DNA of 64,000 nucleotides from a bacterium (GCA_965216315.1 CBDCFN010000016.1:2080001-2144000), one strand, 5' to 3'; shown: positions 40,702 through 50,623, numbered from the stretch's first letter. Program-made: numbers and translations. The notes: generated by a model from the sequence alone, not told the origin.

Positions 40702-41865
40702 CTATGCAACAACACAGCGGAAACCCACATGGTAGTCGGTACTGTCCGGCAAGACATGATGCAGGCGGGCCGAAGCTTGTATCTCATCCCAGTTGCTATA
40801 CCAACATCCCCCCCTCAGGAGTCGCGCAATCCCTGTCTCTGGGCCGAACGGATCTCGTGCCACTAAACCGTTATAGTTCCATTGAAAACGATCCTCGACC
40901 CATTGCGACACCCCGCCCGCCATCCCCTTGAGCCCCGTAGCATTACTAGGCCCCCAATCAGCGCGGGCAGGAAGTTGTTCGTTATAATAGGCTTCGTTTT
41001 CATCCGTGTACCCGGAGGCCGTCCCATAAATCCGCCAACCATAGAGCGGGCGTTCATCGTTGATGGCGCGGTTAATTTCGTCTTGAGTCAGTGGCGCGAA
41101 ACTGTCCCCCGGCTGCGGTAATTGAGTCACTATAGACTCAAAGCGATCCGCAACAAATTCTTCAAGGACGTTGAGGGAATCCAGTTCGATGCCCTCTTCG
41201 TCCCTCAACAGCTGTCTCAAGTCGACCGCCGGCCCCCGCGCCGCGAATTCCCACTCCGCCTCCGTCGGAAGACGCCCACCGATCCAGTCCGCAAAGCCAC
41301 GCGCCTCAAACCAATTGAACATCAGCGCGGGTTGATCGGCTCCCAAAAAGGCGGCCGTCGTCATGCGGTAATTAGTTTCATCATCGACATCGACACCATC
41401 CTGATAATATTGGAAGACCTCCGTAAAATCGCGCCCCATGGGATCTTTTTTAAAGAGGCGGTCGCGCAACTGTTGTGGGGTCGGGACCAATTGGATCACC
41501 TCAGGATAAACGTGCTTTGCACCCGGTCTCATTCGATCAATCACCCGCTCCGCCGTCTCGGCTCGCGAAGCTCCGCGCACGATCTCCTGTACCTGACCCT
41601 CCGCCCCGAACAAGAACGCCCCATAGTGCTTATCCTGATGTGCTTTAAGGTAGGCATCCCGCTGCCGATTAGTTACAGGTGTTTCTTGCAGCTGAAAAGA
41701 AGAGACGGTCACATTGCGGATCGGCTGTTCCCAATAATGCCGGTTCGACCCCATCGGAAATGTCCCTCCGGAAATTGCAACCATGGATCCGCGTGCGATG
41801 CTAAGGAGTGATGCGGTCATAGCACGGATATCGGGGCGTAATGGAGGACGTTGCGATTCTGGCAA
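40702..41865 (-). CDS. Formylglycine-generating-enzyme (FGE-sulfatase/CLec-fold) domain protein with large insertions
   Basis: GGTFPMGS, PVTN, WFEA..FADW..RLPTEAEWEFAARG, GMAGGVSQW, RGGCW, GFRCV. Confidence 0.82.
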   Translation of the reverse strand: MPESQRPPLRPDIRAMTASLLSIARGSMVAISGGTFPMGSNRHYWEQPIRNVTVSSFQLQETPVTNRQRDAYLKAHQDKHYGAFLFGAEGQVQEIVRGASRAETAERVIDRMRPGAKHVYPEVIQLVPTPQQLRDRLFKKDPMGRDFTEVFQYYQDGVDVDDETNYRMTTAAFLGADQPALMFNWFEARGFADWIGGRLPTEAEWEFAARGPAVDLRQLLRDEEGIELDSLNVLEEFVADRFESIVTQLPQPGDSFAPLTQDEINRAINDERPLYGWRIYGTASGYTDENEAYYNEQLPARADWGPSNATGLKGMAGGVSQWVEDRFQWNYNGLVARDPFGPETGIARLLRGGCWYSNWDEIQASARLHHVLPDSTDYHVGFRCVVA

Positions 41866-41939
41866 CTGTTAGGCTCAATAAAGCATAACAAAAGGATGCA
41901 AAAGGATGGCCTTCAAAGATTTTCGCAAATGAGAAACAA

Positions 41940-41963
41940 CAACAAAGCCGCTTCAGGGCCGAT
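41940..41963 (+). promoter_or_regulatory. sigma28-like promoter (copy 4), leaderless geometry
   Basis: CAAC-N14-GCCGAT, 9 nt before ATG 41973. Confidence 0.62.
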
Positions 41964-41972
41964 GAATAAGGC

Positions 41973-42593
41973 ATGATTCAGAGCCTCCAATCGTCCTTAA
42001 TGGCACTCGGGTTTACACAGATGGCACTCATCAGTGGCCCCCAAGTGGACAGCCAGGCCTTCGTTTTAGTTGATGATCCCGGCGACTTAGGGGTCGACAT
42101 CAAGGAGTTGCCCATCGATACCTGGGTCAAACTCAGCGGTTATGAGGAATCCGACTATGATGCCAACCCCGCTATTCTTCGCATGGCTGGCATGCCCAAT
42201 ACTGAGGATACCCAGGCGATGTATCGTCAGGCCCGACGTTCCCTCCACGGCCCCGTGACTTGGGGACGCATCGACCGGCACGACCGCAATCAGCCCCCGA
42301 ATATCTTGAGTGTCCGGGTGAATAGGGATCGTCCGCAGCCCAATCTTACGCAGGGGTTAGCCGCAACCGTAAAAACCAGTGGGATGTATGGCAGTGAGAG
42401 TGTTGCCTGGAGCCTCTATGAGCGTTCCTTGGGCGTCAGCGCCACACGCGCCGCGCAACTCCTGTTGGATGCGGTCCAACGTGGCTGGAACACCAGTCCC
42501 AGTCAAACCTCTAATACACACATTTATCGCGTGTACAACGAACCGACGCTCTTCGCGAGTTTAACTGAGCTGCTCGGCGCTACAAGCATTTAG
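41973..42593 (+). CDS. Orphan hypothetical protein
   Basis: 206-aa ORF, N-terminus MIQSLQSSLMALGFTQMALISG. Confidence 0.65.
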   Translation: MIQSLQSSLMALGFTQMALISGPQVDSQAFVLVDDPGDLGVDIKELPIDTWVKLSGYEESDYDANPAILRMAGMPNTEDTQAMYRQARRSLHGPVTWGRIDRHDRNQPPNILSVRVNRDRPQPNLTQGLAATVKTSGMYGSESVAWSLYERSLGVSATRAAQLLLDAVQRGWNTSPSQTSNTHIYRVYNEPTLFASLTELLGATSI

Positions 42594-42606
42594 CTGTTAA
42601 CTCAAC

Positions 42607-43128
42607 CTATTTCTGACGTCTCGCTCGCTGTTCCTTCCGCCACCGACAAGGCATCGTGGAGGAGAGCTTTGACCAAATATAATCACCCGTACCGCGCGCT
42701 TTTCGCTCTGCTCTGACATAGGGCCGCGGATCGTAATTATATTTATCTTTATCCGCCGGCCAGTCGCGACAACGCGGTCGATAATAGTAAGCCAACCCCG
42801 ATTCAATCAGCCGTTCCCCAACATCCTGGCCATTGAGCTTAACGTGACCTAGGACTCGATTATAGCGCTCAAGTCCACGGCCAACCGGATGAATCGTTAT
42901 CTTTTTGGCCCCAATCATATCCTTGAGTCGAAGCCGGGCTAACTTGTAATAGGGTTGGCCGCGTTCCGGCGTATCGATACCGGCAATCCGGACTCGAAAA
43001 CGAATCGTCCCGTCCGTTGCCTCAAAAGTGTCCCCATCGATGACTTTTACAACTTGATAGGAAGTGTGTGCACTGACCGGTGAGGAAATCAGCGATAGTA
43101 ACAAGATGAAAATAAATTTTAAAAACAT
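42607..43128 (-). CDS. Thermonuclease (SNase) family exported nuclease
   Basis: Signal peptide; VIDGDT, VRIAGIDTPE, RYNRVLG, GLA. Confidence 0.9.
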   Translation of the reverse strand: MFLKFIFILLLSLISSPVSAHTSYQVVKVIDGDTFEATDGTIRFRVRIAGIDTPERGQPYYKLARLRLKDMIGAKKITIHPVGRGLERYNRVLGHVKLNGQDVGERLIESGLAYYYRPRCRDWPADKDKYNYDPRPYVRAERKARGTGDYIWSKLSSTMPCRWRKEQRARRQK

Positions 43129-43129
43129 A

Positions 43130-44104
43130 TCAGTCGCCCGTAATCAGTGGTCCGGTCTCCACCACCTCAAACGCATCCCCCGGAACTCCCTTTAATTGAT
43201 TCAAGTCCTCATCGTCCCAACGCGTATCGGTCGCGCCGCTGATGTACCAGTTGGATCCATTGTCGGCCAAGATCATGCCGTAGGTCTTGAGGGCCTCGAG
43301 GATGACGCGGGAAGCCCCGCTAAAGCCACTGATGTCATAGTCACTTTTCAAGCGCAGACGCAGGCCCATCGGCGGTGAATCCGCGTTAGTATCGCTGCTA
43401 GCGTAGTGTGTCGCCGGATGAATGTAGGCCGCCTGGGTGGCGCTGACGGTAAAGCGCAAGGCGTGATGGATGGCGCCCTGCTCGACCACCTCATCGTAGC
43501 GTGCCAGACCGGGAAAGATAGGCAGGCCCGCCGCATCAGCCGAGGTCCAACCCTCAGGCCGCAGCTCATTAGAGGTCAGATCAAAGACCGCGCCGGAACT
43601 GGCATCCCAACCTGGCCCGGTAAAAAAGGCGCGATACAGTTCGTACAAAATACAGTTGTCGTCATCGATGACGAGTACATGACGGTCACTCCCCCCTTCA
43701 ATCGGGGCATCATCCGGGATCGGATACGGACCCGCATCGCTTTCGTCACCAAAGTCGGTAAAGTTAATCGGAACCATGGGCTGTGTGTCCGAAACGATCG
43801 TGTATGGGATGCCATAGTCGGGATTGGATCCGAAGTCCGGGTGCACAAAATCACCGCCATTATTTAAGATGTGTTGAATGTAGTTGTTTGAATTCGCGTG
43901 CACCGGCAGCCCAGACACATCTTGGTTCCAGGGATTATCCGCCGGGAAAACCTGGCAATTCGCTAGGCTAGGTGGATTGGAATTGGTTGTCCCACTACTA
44001 TTCGACTCACCACTCGAACCGCTATCAGGCCCCGTCGTGGTTCCGCCACAGGAGAGTGCACCGCATATCAAAATGAGGATGAATCCATAAAATATTTTTT
44101 CCAT
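43130..44104 (-). CDS. Conserved-looking lipoprotein of unknown function; start revised to 44104
   Basis: Lipobox ALSC, Ser/Gly linker; FPADNPWN, DRHVLV, SADAAGLP, HALRFT, ALKTYGMILADNG. Confidence 0.7.
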   Translation of the reverse strand: MEKIFYGFILILICGALSCGGTTTGPDSGSSGESNSSGTTNSNPPSLANCQVFPADNPWNQDVSGLPVHANSNNYIQHILNNGGDFVHPDFGSNPDYGIPYTIVSDTQPMVPINFTDFGDESDAGPYPIPDDAPIEGGSDRHVLVIDDDNCILYELYRAFFTGPGWDASSGAVFDLTSNELRPEGWTSADAAGLPIFPGLARYDEVVEQGAIHHALRFTVSATQAAYIHPATHYASSDTNADSPPMGLRLRLKSDYDISGFSGASRVILEALKTYGMILADNGSNWYISGATDTRWDDEDLNQLKGVPGDAFEVVETGPLITGD

Positions 44105-44252
44105 GACGCCCTCTGCTAATTCATAAATATTGCGAAGTAAAGGGCTGGCCAGGGAAATCACCCATTGGGCCTGAACTGATGCAGATCAGGCAAGTATCCA
44201 CCCGTCCGATTCACAAATTCACAAATCCCCCAAAAGAGAATACGATGCCCGC

Positions 44253-45971
44253 ATGGGCCAACTGATCCTCATCGATATTCTGATCATCTTCACCCTCTCC
44301 GTCCCGCTGATCCTCCTCCTTAATAAACTCAAGGTCCCGACCATCTTGGGCTTTCTATTAACGGGCGCGCTGATCGGCCCGGAAGGGCTCGGTTGGATCG
44401 CGGATAGTGACCAGATTAACATCCTCGCGGAAATCGGAGTGGCCTTATTGCTCTTTTCCGTCGGCTTGGAATTTTCGTTCGGCAACCTACGCGTCCAATG
44501 GAAAAGCCTCACCAGCGGCTCCCTCCAGATCACATTGACCTTCATGGCGGGGGTTGGCATCGGTCACCTGCTCGGCTGGAACTGGATTCAAGGAATCTAC
44601 TTTGGCTGTATCCTCGCCTTGTCGAGTACTGCGGTCGTCATGACAACTCTTTCCGATCAACATTCGATCGATTCATTACCCGGACGTTATTCGACGACGA
44701 TTTTAATCTTACAAGACCTGGCCCTCATCCCGATGTTGGTCCTGTTACACTTCCTGGGTTTGCAAGAAAGCGCCGGTCACCTCGCCGGCAACGGTGTCAT
44801 GCTCAATATCGGGCAGGCAGTTCTCTTCCTGCTCTTTGTCTTCGTCGCGATTCGCTATCTAGGCCCCTGGTTTTTCGGACATATTCTCCGCACGGGCCGG
44901 CGTGAAATCTTTACTATCAGTATTATCGTGATTGCCTTGGGCCTCGCCTGGATGACCCATCGACTGGGTTTGTCGTTCGCCCTCGGCGCCTTCATTGGCG
45001 GAACAATAATCGGTTCGACGCCTTACAAATACCAAGCCCTCTCCGAAATCTCGCCGTTTCGCTATACCTTTAACAGTCTGTTCTTCGTCTCGATCGGCAT
45101 GCTCGTTAATTTCGATTTCATCCGAGACAACTATGCCCTCGTTCTCTTGCTCGTCTGTCTCATTCCCCTATTAAAAACGGTCATCGTCACTACTGTGCTC
45201 TATTTTATTGGCGACTCACTCCGCAACGCGATGACCGTCGGTATCCACCTCGGTCAGATTGGCGAATTTTCATTCTTGATCGCCTATCTCGGCAAAACCG
45301 CCGGCGTCCTGGAGCTATCCTTCTACGAACTTGTTGTCGCGACCGCCGTCATCGCCATGTTCATGACGCCCCTGATGATGCGTTCCGCCCCTGCCATTGC
45401 CAATTTTATGGTCGGCCTGCCCGGCGTACGTTTTTTCGCTCAACGCAAACGCCTCCAACAATTACACGAAAAGGCAAAGGAACTCTCCGATCACGTCATC
45501 ATCTGCGGCTATGGGCCTTTTGCTCGCCAACTCGGAAATATCTTAAGACAACATCACGTCCCTTATCTCATCCTCGATTTTAGTCCGGAAATCTTTGACA
45601 AACAGGCGACAGATTTTGAGAACATCGTCTACGAGGAAGGCACGTCCGCAGACAGCCTACACCGCGGTGGCATTGATCGCGCCCGCATCCTCGTCATCAC
45701 GGTCCCGGATTTGTTAAACAGCCTGGCGATCATCAGCGCCGCCCGCGCGATTGCACCAGATTTGCCGATCTTTACGCGCTGCAAATATGAGAATGAAGTG
45801 AAACTCCACTACGAGGCCGGTGCCGACATTGTCGTCGCCGAAGAACTCGAAGGGGGCACCGAAATGGGCGGACATATCCTGCGGAATATGGGCCGGTCTC
45901 ACAAGGAAGTGGAAGCGTTCCTTAATAAATTAAGACAACGTCACTACGCCGAGTCAGCGGACGCAAACTAG
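44253..45971 (+). CDS. CPA2 (Kef/YbaL-type) cation:proton antiporter with C-terminal KTN domain
   Basis: AEIGVALLLFSVGLE, LSSTAV, LILQD, FFVSIGM, QIGEFSF, IICGYG. Confidence 0.9.
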   Translation: MGQLILIDILIIFTLSVPLILLLNKLKVPTILGFLLTGALIGPEGLGWIADSDQINILAEIGVALLLFSVGLEFSFGNLRVQWKSLTSGSLQITLTFMAGVGIGHLLGWNWIQGIYFGCILALSSTAVVMTTLSDQHSIDSLPGRYSTTILILQDLALIPMLVLLHFLGLQESAGHLAGNGVMLNIGQAVLFLLFVFVAIRYLGPWFFGHILRTGRREIFTISIIVIALGLAWMTHRLGLSFALGAFIGGTIIGSTPYKYQALSEISPFRYTFNSLFFVSIGMLVNFDFIRDNYALVLLLVCLIPLLKTVIVTTVLYFIGDSLRNAMTVGIHLGQIGEFSFLIAYLGKTAGVLELSFYELVVATAVIAMFMTPLMMRSAPAIANFMVGLPGVRFFAQRKRLQQLHEKAKELSDHVIICGYGPFARQLGNILRQHHVPYLILDFSPEIFDKQATDFENIVYEEGTSADSLHRGGIDRARILVITVPDLLNSLAIISAARAIAPDLPIFTRCKYENEVKLHYEAGADIVVAEELEGGTEMGGHILRNMGRSHKEVEAFLNKLRQRHYAESADAN

Positions 45972-46019
45972 CGAAAGCAGTATCTTGACAAAAATGCCTT
46001 GAACAGGCCTGTTGCAACC

Positions 46020-47126
46020 ATGGCAAAGGATCTTGATGGCATTCTTAAGTCAATGCAAAGCGGCGCAATCGGGGTCTTGGAGACGGTTCACAAGGGCACA
46101 ACCGTAGCCTTGGAGGCCGTGCAAAAAAGTGCCCATGCTTCCGTCGGCGCGGTCCACAAGACGGCCACTGTGACCTTAGGTGCGGTTCAAAAGAGCGCGA
46201 GCGTCTCGATAGAGGCCATTGAGTGGCTGTCCGAGATCAAGGGCCGACCGCTTTCAGTGCTTAATGGAGTCGTGGGTGATACCCTGGCCGCTCAAAACAG
46301 CCAATACGCCATTGAGATGAGTCTCATCGGAGAGAAACCCGGGAACCGCCTGTGCATTTTCGCCCATGGGCTCTGCGCTTCGGAAGTCACGTGGCAATTT
46401 ACTGAGGACTCCACCAAGGACTATGGCTCACTCCTGGAACAAGACTGCGGGTATACTCCGATTTACGTACGTTACAATTCGGGGCTCCATATATCAACCA
46501 ACGGCCAATTGCTTGCGCAACGCGTGAGCGAACTTTGCAAGAACTCATCTGACCCCATTCAGGAAATCATCTTCATTGGACATAGCATGGGCGGACTTGT
46601 GGTGCGCAGTGCTTGTCACTATGCACAAAAGGCGAACGCATCCTGGGTCAAAGAGATTAGCAAAATATTTCTATTAGCCACTCCTCACCATGGTAACGAT
46701 TACGAAAAACTCGGCAACCTCACCAGCAAGGTCCTTAAACTCTTTTCCAAGGGAATTGCTAAACTGGGGAACAAACGCAGCGCCGGCATCAAGGATCTAC
46801 GCTACGGATATCTCCTGGACGAAGACTGGATGGAACAGGATCCAGATGCCTTATGGCAAGACAACCGGCATCCCGTCCCCCTGCTTGAAGGAGTGGATTA
46901 CTATATTATCGCCGGCTCGCTGGCCAAGGAATCCGATAATATTTTTGCGCAATATTTCGGCGATGGAATGGTCCCAACGCATACAGCCGCGGGGCGGAGC
47001 CTTAAGAAGGCGAAGACGATCCCGTTTCCGCCTAACCATTTCAAGATGATCAAAGGTCTATCTCATGCCGGACTCACCCGCCATCCCAAGGTCTACCAAC
47101 AAATTCGCAAATGGTGCCGGCAATAA
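46020..47126 (+). CDS. Alpha/beta hydrolase (PGAP1/lipase-like) with N-terminal 11-mer repeats
   Basis: HGL, RYNSGLHIS, GHSMGG nucleophile, TPHHG, GDGMV, H. Confidence 0.85.
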   Translation: MAKDLDGILKSMQSGAIGVLETVHKGTTVALEAVQKSAHASVGAVHKTATVTLGAVQKSASVSIEAIEWLSEIKGRPLSVLNGVVGDTLAAQNSQYAIEMSLIGEKPGNRLCIFAHGLCASEVTWQFTEDSTKDYGSLLEQDCGYTPIYVRYNSGLHISTNGQLLAQRVSELCKNSSDPIQEIIFIGHSMGGLVVRSACHYAQKANASWVKEISKIFLLATPHHGNDYEKLGNLTSKVLKLFSKGIAKLGNKRSAGIKDLRYGYLLDEDWMEQDPDALWQDNRHPVPLLEGVDYYIIAGSLAKESDNIFAQYFGDGMVPTHTAAGRSLKKAKTIPFPPNHFKMIKGLSHAGLTRHPKVYQQIRKWCRQ

Positions 47127-47190
47127 CCTTCCAACCGGAGTCGCTCAGAACTTTTAAGCCCCGACCTCCGCGTGTTATAATCTCTGCCTC

Positions 47191-47778
47191 ATGAACACGA
47201 TTCAGTTAAGACCGGCGCTCAAGGAGGAAAGCCGCCTAGTCGCCGAATTTTATCGCATCGCCTCCGATGGCGTCGCCGATTACATATGGTCGCTGTTCGC
47301 GCAACCGGGCGAGGACCTCTTGGACGTCGGCGCCCAGCGCTACGCGCGCGAGGACACGGATTTCAGTTACCAGAATTGCACGATGGTCGACGTCAACGGA
47401 GACGTCGCAGGCATGCTGATCGCCTATCCGATGGGACCTGATGCCGGACAAAGCGATCTCGATCAGATCGACCCTGTCTTGCGCCCCTTCGCCATCCTCG
47501 AGGAACCGAACAGCTATTACATCTGCGGGGTCGCCTTACATGATGCTTATCGCGGCCAGGGCCTGGGCAGCCAATTGATGGCCCGCGCTGAAGCGGATGC
47601 CATCGATCACTGCCTCGGCAAGACGAGCCTGATTGTGTTCGAAGAAAATGCCGGCGCCAAGCGCTTGTATGACCGGCTCGGTTATCACGTCGTTAAACAA
47701 GAAACCCTGGTGCCACACCCCTTAATTCGGCATCTTGGTGAAGCCTTTTTAATGGTCAAGAAATTGGAAAGTTATTGA
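47191..47778 (+). CDS. GNAT N-acetyltransferase
   Basis: VAL..AYRGQGLGSQL, ENAGAKRLYDRLGY. Confidence 0.9.
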   Translation: MNTIQLRPALKEESRLVAEFYRIASDGVADYIWSLFAQPGEDLLDVGAQRYAREDTDFSYQNCTMVDVNGDVAGMLIAYPMGPDAGQSDLDQIDPVLRPFAILEEPNSYYICGVALHDAYRGQGLGSQLMARAEADAIDHCLGKTSLIVFEENAGAKRLYDRLGYHVVKQETLVPHPLIRHLGEAFLMVKKLESY

Positions 47779-47814
47779 ATTTAAGCCGCAATTCAGGCAT
47801 GAAGAGAGTCTCTT

Positions 47815-48552
47815 ATGTCTAACGGAAGCTCCGCCATGACAGCGACCAACGATAGCGGCTTCGATTTCATCACCCCGTTCCGCTACCTCTTCGACAGTCC
47901 CGACTGGGGCAAGAATATTCTTTTGGCGACGCTCTGTTTATTCATCCCGTTTGTGGGCCCCATCGTGTTGCTGGGTTGGCAAGCGCGAATCCTGCGCGCC
48001 TTGACGCTCAAACAGACACCGGCCGTGCCGGCCTTTGACTTTAACGAGTTTGCCGAATACCTCAAAGAAGGCCTCGTCCCTTTTCTCGCCAATCTGGTAG
48101 CGATGCTGCCGTTGGTGTTTTTAATATTTATCCTGGGAATTGTCAGCGCCATCGCCGTGCCGCTCTTAGCGAGACCGGGCGAACCCGTGTCGCCCGCAAT
48201 CATCGTCCCTTTGGTGCTGGCCAGCCTCGTGATTGGAGTCATTGCGATAATAGGCTTTGCGGTGTTCGTAAACGCCGTCATGACACGCGCCCTCTTGTCC
48301 TGCGATCTGGGCAAGACGTTCGAATTCGGCGCGATCATGGACTACGCCAAGCAGAGCTGGAAATCTGTCCTCGTCGTTGTCTTAATCTTCATCCCTGCCA
48401 GCATGATATTCATGATCCTGGGGATGCTGGCCCTGTTTATCGGCATGTATCCCGCCTCGATTATCTTAAACGTCGCCGGCGTTCATTTCATCGCGCAGAT
48501 TTATCAGCAGTATCTCAGTAAGGGTGGCGCCCCTATCCCCGTCGCGGAATAA
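47815..48552 (+). CDS. DUF4013-like membrane protein
   Basis: W.KNIL..FIPFVG..LLGW..P.F pattern, multiple TMs. Confidence 0.65.
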   Translation: MSNGSSAMTATNDSGFDFITPFRYLFDSPDWGKNILLATLCLFIPFVGPIVLLGWQARILRALTLKQTPAVPAFDFNEFAEYLKEGLVPFLANLVAMLPLVFLIFILGIVSAIAVPLLARPGEPVSPAIIVPLVLASLVIGVIAIIGFAVFVNAVMTRALLSCDLGKTFEFGAIMDYAKQSWKSVLVVVLIFIPASMIFMILGMLALFIGMYPASIILNVAGVHFIAQIYQQYLSKGGAPIPVAE

Positions 48553-48591
48553 TAGAACTTAGCGGCATTTTGCAGTATGCTCGGGGAACCC

Positions 48592-49116
48592 ATGCCTCAT
48601 GACCTGACAAAAATTTCTACCGCCAGCGATAATGCCCATGCAGACCTGATCAAATCGTTCTTAGAAGAACATGGCATCTTTACCTACATTCAGGGCTATC
48701 ATCATCGCAGCATGCTCGGTTTTGCCGGGCCCCACATTGAGCTCAACATTATGGTTCGAAAGGACCAGGCCGACGCTGCCACCAAGCTCCTGCAGGAATT
48801 GAATGAGGAAATAAAACAGGAGCCCCCGAGCGAGGTCCCGACACAGCGAGAACACGTCTCCCAATTCAGGCCGCGCAGCGCGATGGTCGCCTGCTGTCTC
48901 CCCTTTATCTGTCCCGGCTTAGGGAATTTTTATGCCGGTCGTAAGGATATCGGTGGATGGATCCTCGTCGCGACCGCCGTGTGCTATATTTCCCTCTTCA
49001 TCTTCATGCATCGATACGACTCAAATGTCGTCAGTACCCTGCTCGTTTTGATTGTCGGCTTAATTTTCTTAGATGCCTTCACCGCCGTGCGATTTATCAA
49101 GAGTAGAGAACGATAA
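48592..49116 (+). CDS. DUF2007-like domain plus TM2-like membrane domain
   Basis: ADLIKSFLEEHGI..IMVR; C-terminal PGLGNFYAG..GG. Confidence 0.6.
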   Translation: MPHDLTKISTASDNAHADLIKSFLEEHGIFTYIQGYHHRSMLGFAGPHIELNIMVRKDQADAATKLLQELNEEIKQEPPSEVPTQREHVSQFRPRSAMVACCLPFICPGLGNFYAGRKDIGGWILVATAVCYISLFIFMHRYDSNVVSTLLVLIVGLIFLDAFTAVRFIKSRER

Positions 49117-49353
49117 GTAAGCGGTCATCAGCTCTTTTATTTTCGTCTGATACTTCTTGCCTTCGGCCTCCGCCTGACGTCGAAAAGAACGGAGCAGGTT
49201 TTCCGGGACACGCAAACTGATGAGCCGTGATCTTTCCGGCTTTGCCTGGCCGTGGAGTAAACGAAAATTCTCCAAGAATTCGAGGCGCTGCTTGAGCGTC
49301 GTCTTACGGGCCTGCCTTAGATATTCCGGGGATAAGAACTGAACGGATTTCAT
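49069..49353 (-). CDS. Putative antitoxin with C-terminal RHH/BrnA-like domain
   Basis: LISLRVPENLL..F..A..GKKYQTKIKELM; 4-nt overlap with upstream gene. Confidence 0.7.
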   Translation of the reverse strand: MKSVQFLSPEYLRQARKTTLKQRLEFLENFRLLHGQAKPERSRLISLRVPENLLRSFRRQAEAEGKKYQTKIKELMTAYLSFSTLDKSHGGEGI

Positions 49354-49823
49354 CGGTCCTCCTTACGTAAGAGTCGCAGCGCCTTGACATCCGCCTTGTC
49401 CTGATCCCGCCCGGTTCCGGACTTCATTAGAATGAGACTCTCCAGACTGAGCACGGGTATCGTTTGTCCTTGAAAGCGAAGCGTTTCCGTCTCGAGCTCA
49501 TCAAGGTCATGCGTTAAAAGAACATCGACAATCTCCGCCGGATTGTCGGGATTCAAGAAACTCCAGGCGACCATGTTTCTGTTTTTCATGTATTCATCGC
49601 GAAAGCGATAGACGTCCGTCGCCGTTACCGGCAAACGTGAGGCCAAGCCCAGGCTCTCTAATGCCTTCGCCGTCTCCCTAAAGTGCCGCTCACTCATGCG
49701 GATCACGACATCGACATCCAGGGTCCCGCGCACCGCCCCATGGAGCGCGACGGCATAGCCGCCGGCCACGGCATGGGGAACCTTTCGGGCTTTCAACGCC
49801 TTCAAGACGCGCAGCAAAAACAT
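49350..49823 (-). CDS. Nucleotidyltransferase (DUF6036/AbiEii-like), putative toxin
   Basis: GGYAVALHG..RGTLDVD, VDV, LILMK..GR.QD.AD. Confidence 0.75.
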   Translation of the reverse strand: MFLLRVLKALKARKVPHAVAGGYAVALHGAVRGTLDVDVVIRMSERHFRETAKALESLGLASRLPVTATDVYRFRDEYMKNRNMVAWSFLNPDNPAEIVDVLLTHDLDELETETLRFQGQTIPVLSLESLILMKSGTGRDQDKADVKALRLLRKEDR

Positions 49824-49860
49824 TGTATATACAATATATATACTACTTAAGGAGTGTCAA
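49822..49860 (-). promoter_or_regulatory. sigma70 promoter with operator palindrome ATTGTATATACAAT overlapping the start codon
   Basis: TTGACA (49855-49860) then TATATT/TATTGT; 14-bp perfect palindrome at 49822-49835. Confidence 0.65.
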
Positions 49861-50572
49861 GCGAGCGCGGCCAGCACCTCGCCCGCCTTACCAAACAAAG
49901 AGACGTCAACCAACGAGGAAAGCTCCGTCTTTTGGGTATTGATTTCAATCAAGAAAGCGCCGCACCCTTTGGCTGTGTGCGCAAAGCCGGCCGCCGGCCA
50001 GACTTCGCCGGAAGTGCCCACAATGAGCAAGACATCGACCGCACAGGCCGCTTCGGCCGCAAGGACGTTGTCGGGATCGAGTTGTTCCCCGAACCAAACC
50101 ACGTCGGGCCTCAACAAACCGCTGCATACCAAACAGCACGGTGGCGAGATTTCGGGAATCGCCCGCAAGCGACGCAAGTCTCCGCACCGGGTGCAACGTG
50201 TACGCCAGATATTGCCGTGCAACTCGATGATGTTCTGAGTGCCGGCGATACGATGGAGGTCGTCGATGTTTTGGGTCACGACAGTGAACGTGGGAATTTG
50301 TTGTTCCAGTTGAGCGATCACGCGATGAGCCGCATTGGGTTGCGCGTCTTGGAAGGCCTTCATCCGCATCAAGTACCAATCCCAAACATATTTCGGATCC
50401 CGCGCAAAGGCCTCCGGTGTCGCCACTTTCTTCGGGTCGTATTCTGCCCATATGCCATCTCGATCGCGAAAGGTCGGGATCCCGCTCTCCGCGGAAACCC
50501 CCGCCCCGGTTAGGACGGCGACACGCTTGGCACGGGCAAGTTGATTTTTGCTGATTGAGTATCCTTATCCAT
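49857..50572 (-). pseudogene. cobB: Sirtuin NAD-dependent deacylase with a frameshift near the 5' end (or a sequencing error)
   Basis: VLTGAGVSAESGIPTFR, TQNIDDLH, ELHGN, CxxC..CxxC, RPDVVWFGE, GTSGEVWPAA; ATG 50572 is out of frame by one base, most simply at an A5 run (50545-50549). Confidence 0.75.
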
Positions 50573-50623
50573 AGCGACTCATACGGGTGTCGCTTTATTC
50601 ATACCCAATAGTGGCCCATCGAG

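Noticed and set aside
40702..40830. DGR variable region in the FGE-domain gene
   Set aside because: No template repeat or RT was seen in the window.
44176..44189. FNR-like palindrome CTGAT-GCAG-ATCAG
   Set aside because: Single occurrence, deviates from TTGAT-N4-ATCAA and has no clear downstream -10; kept only as a weak possibility.
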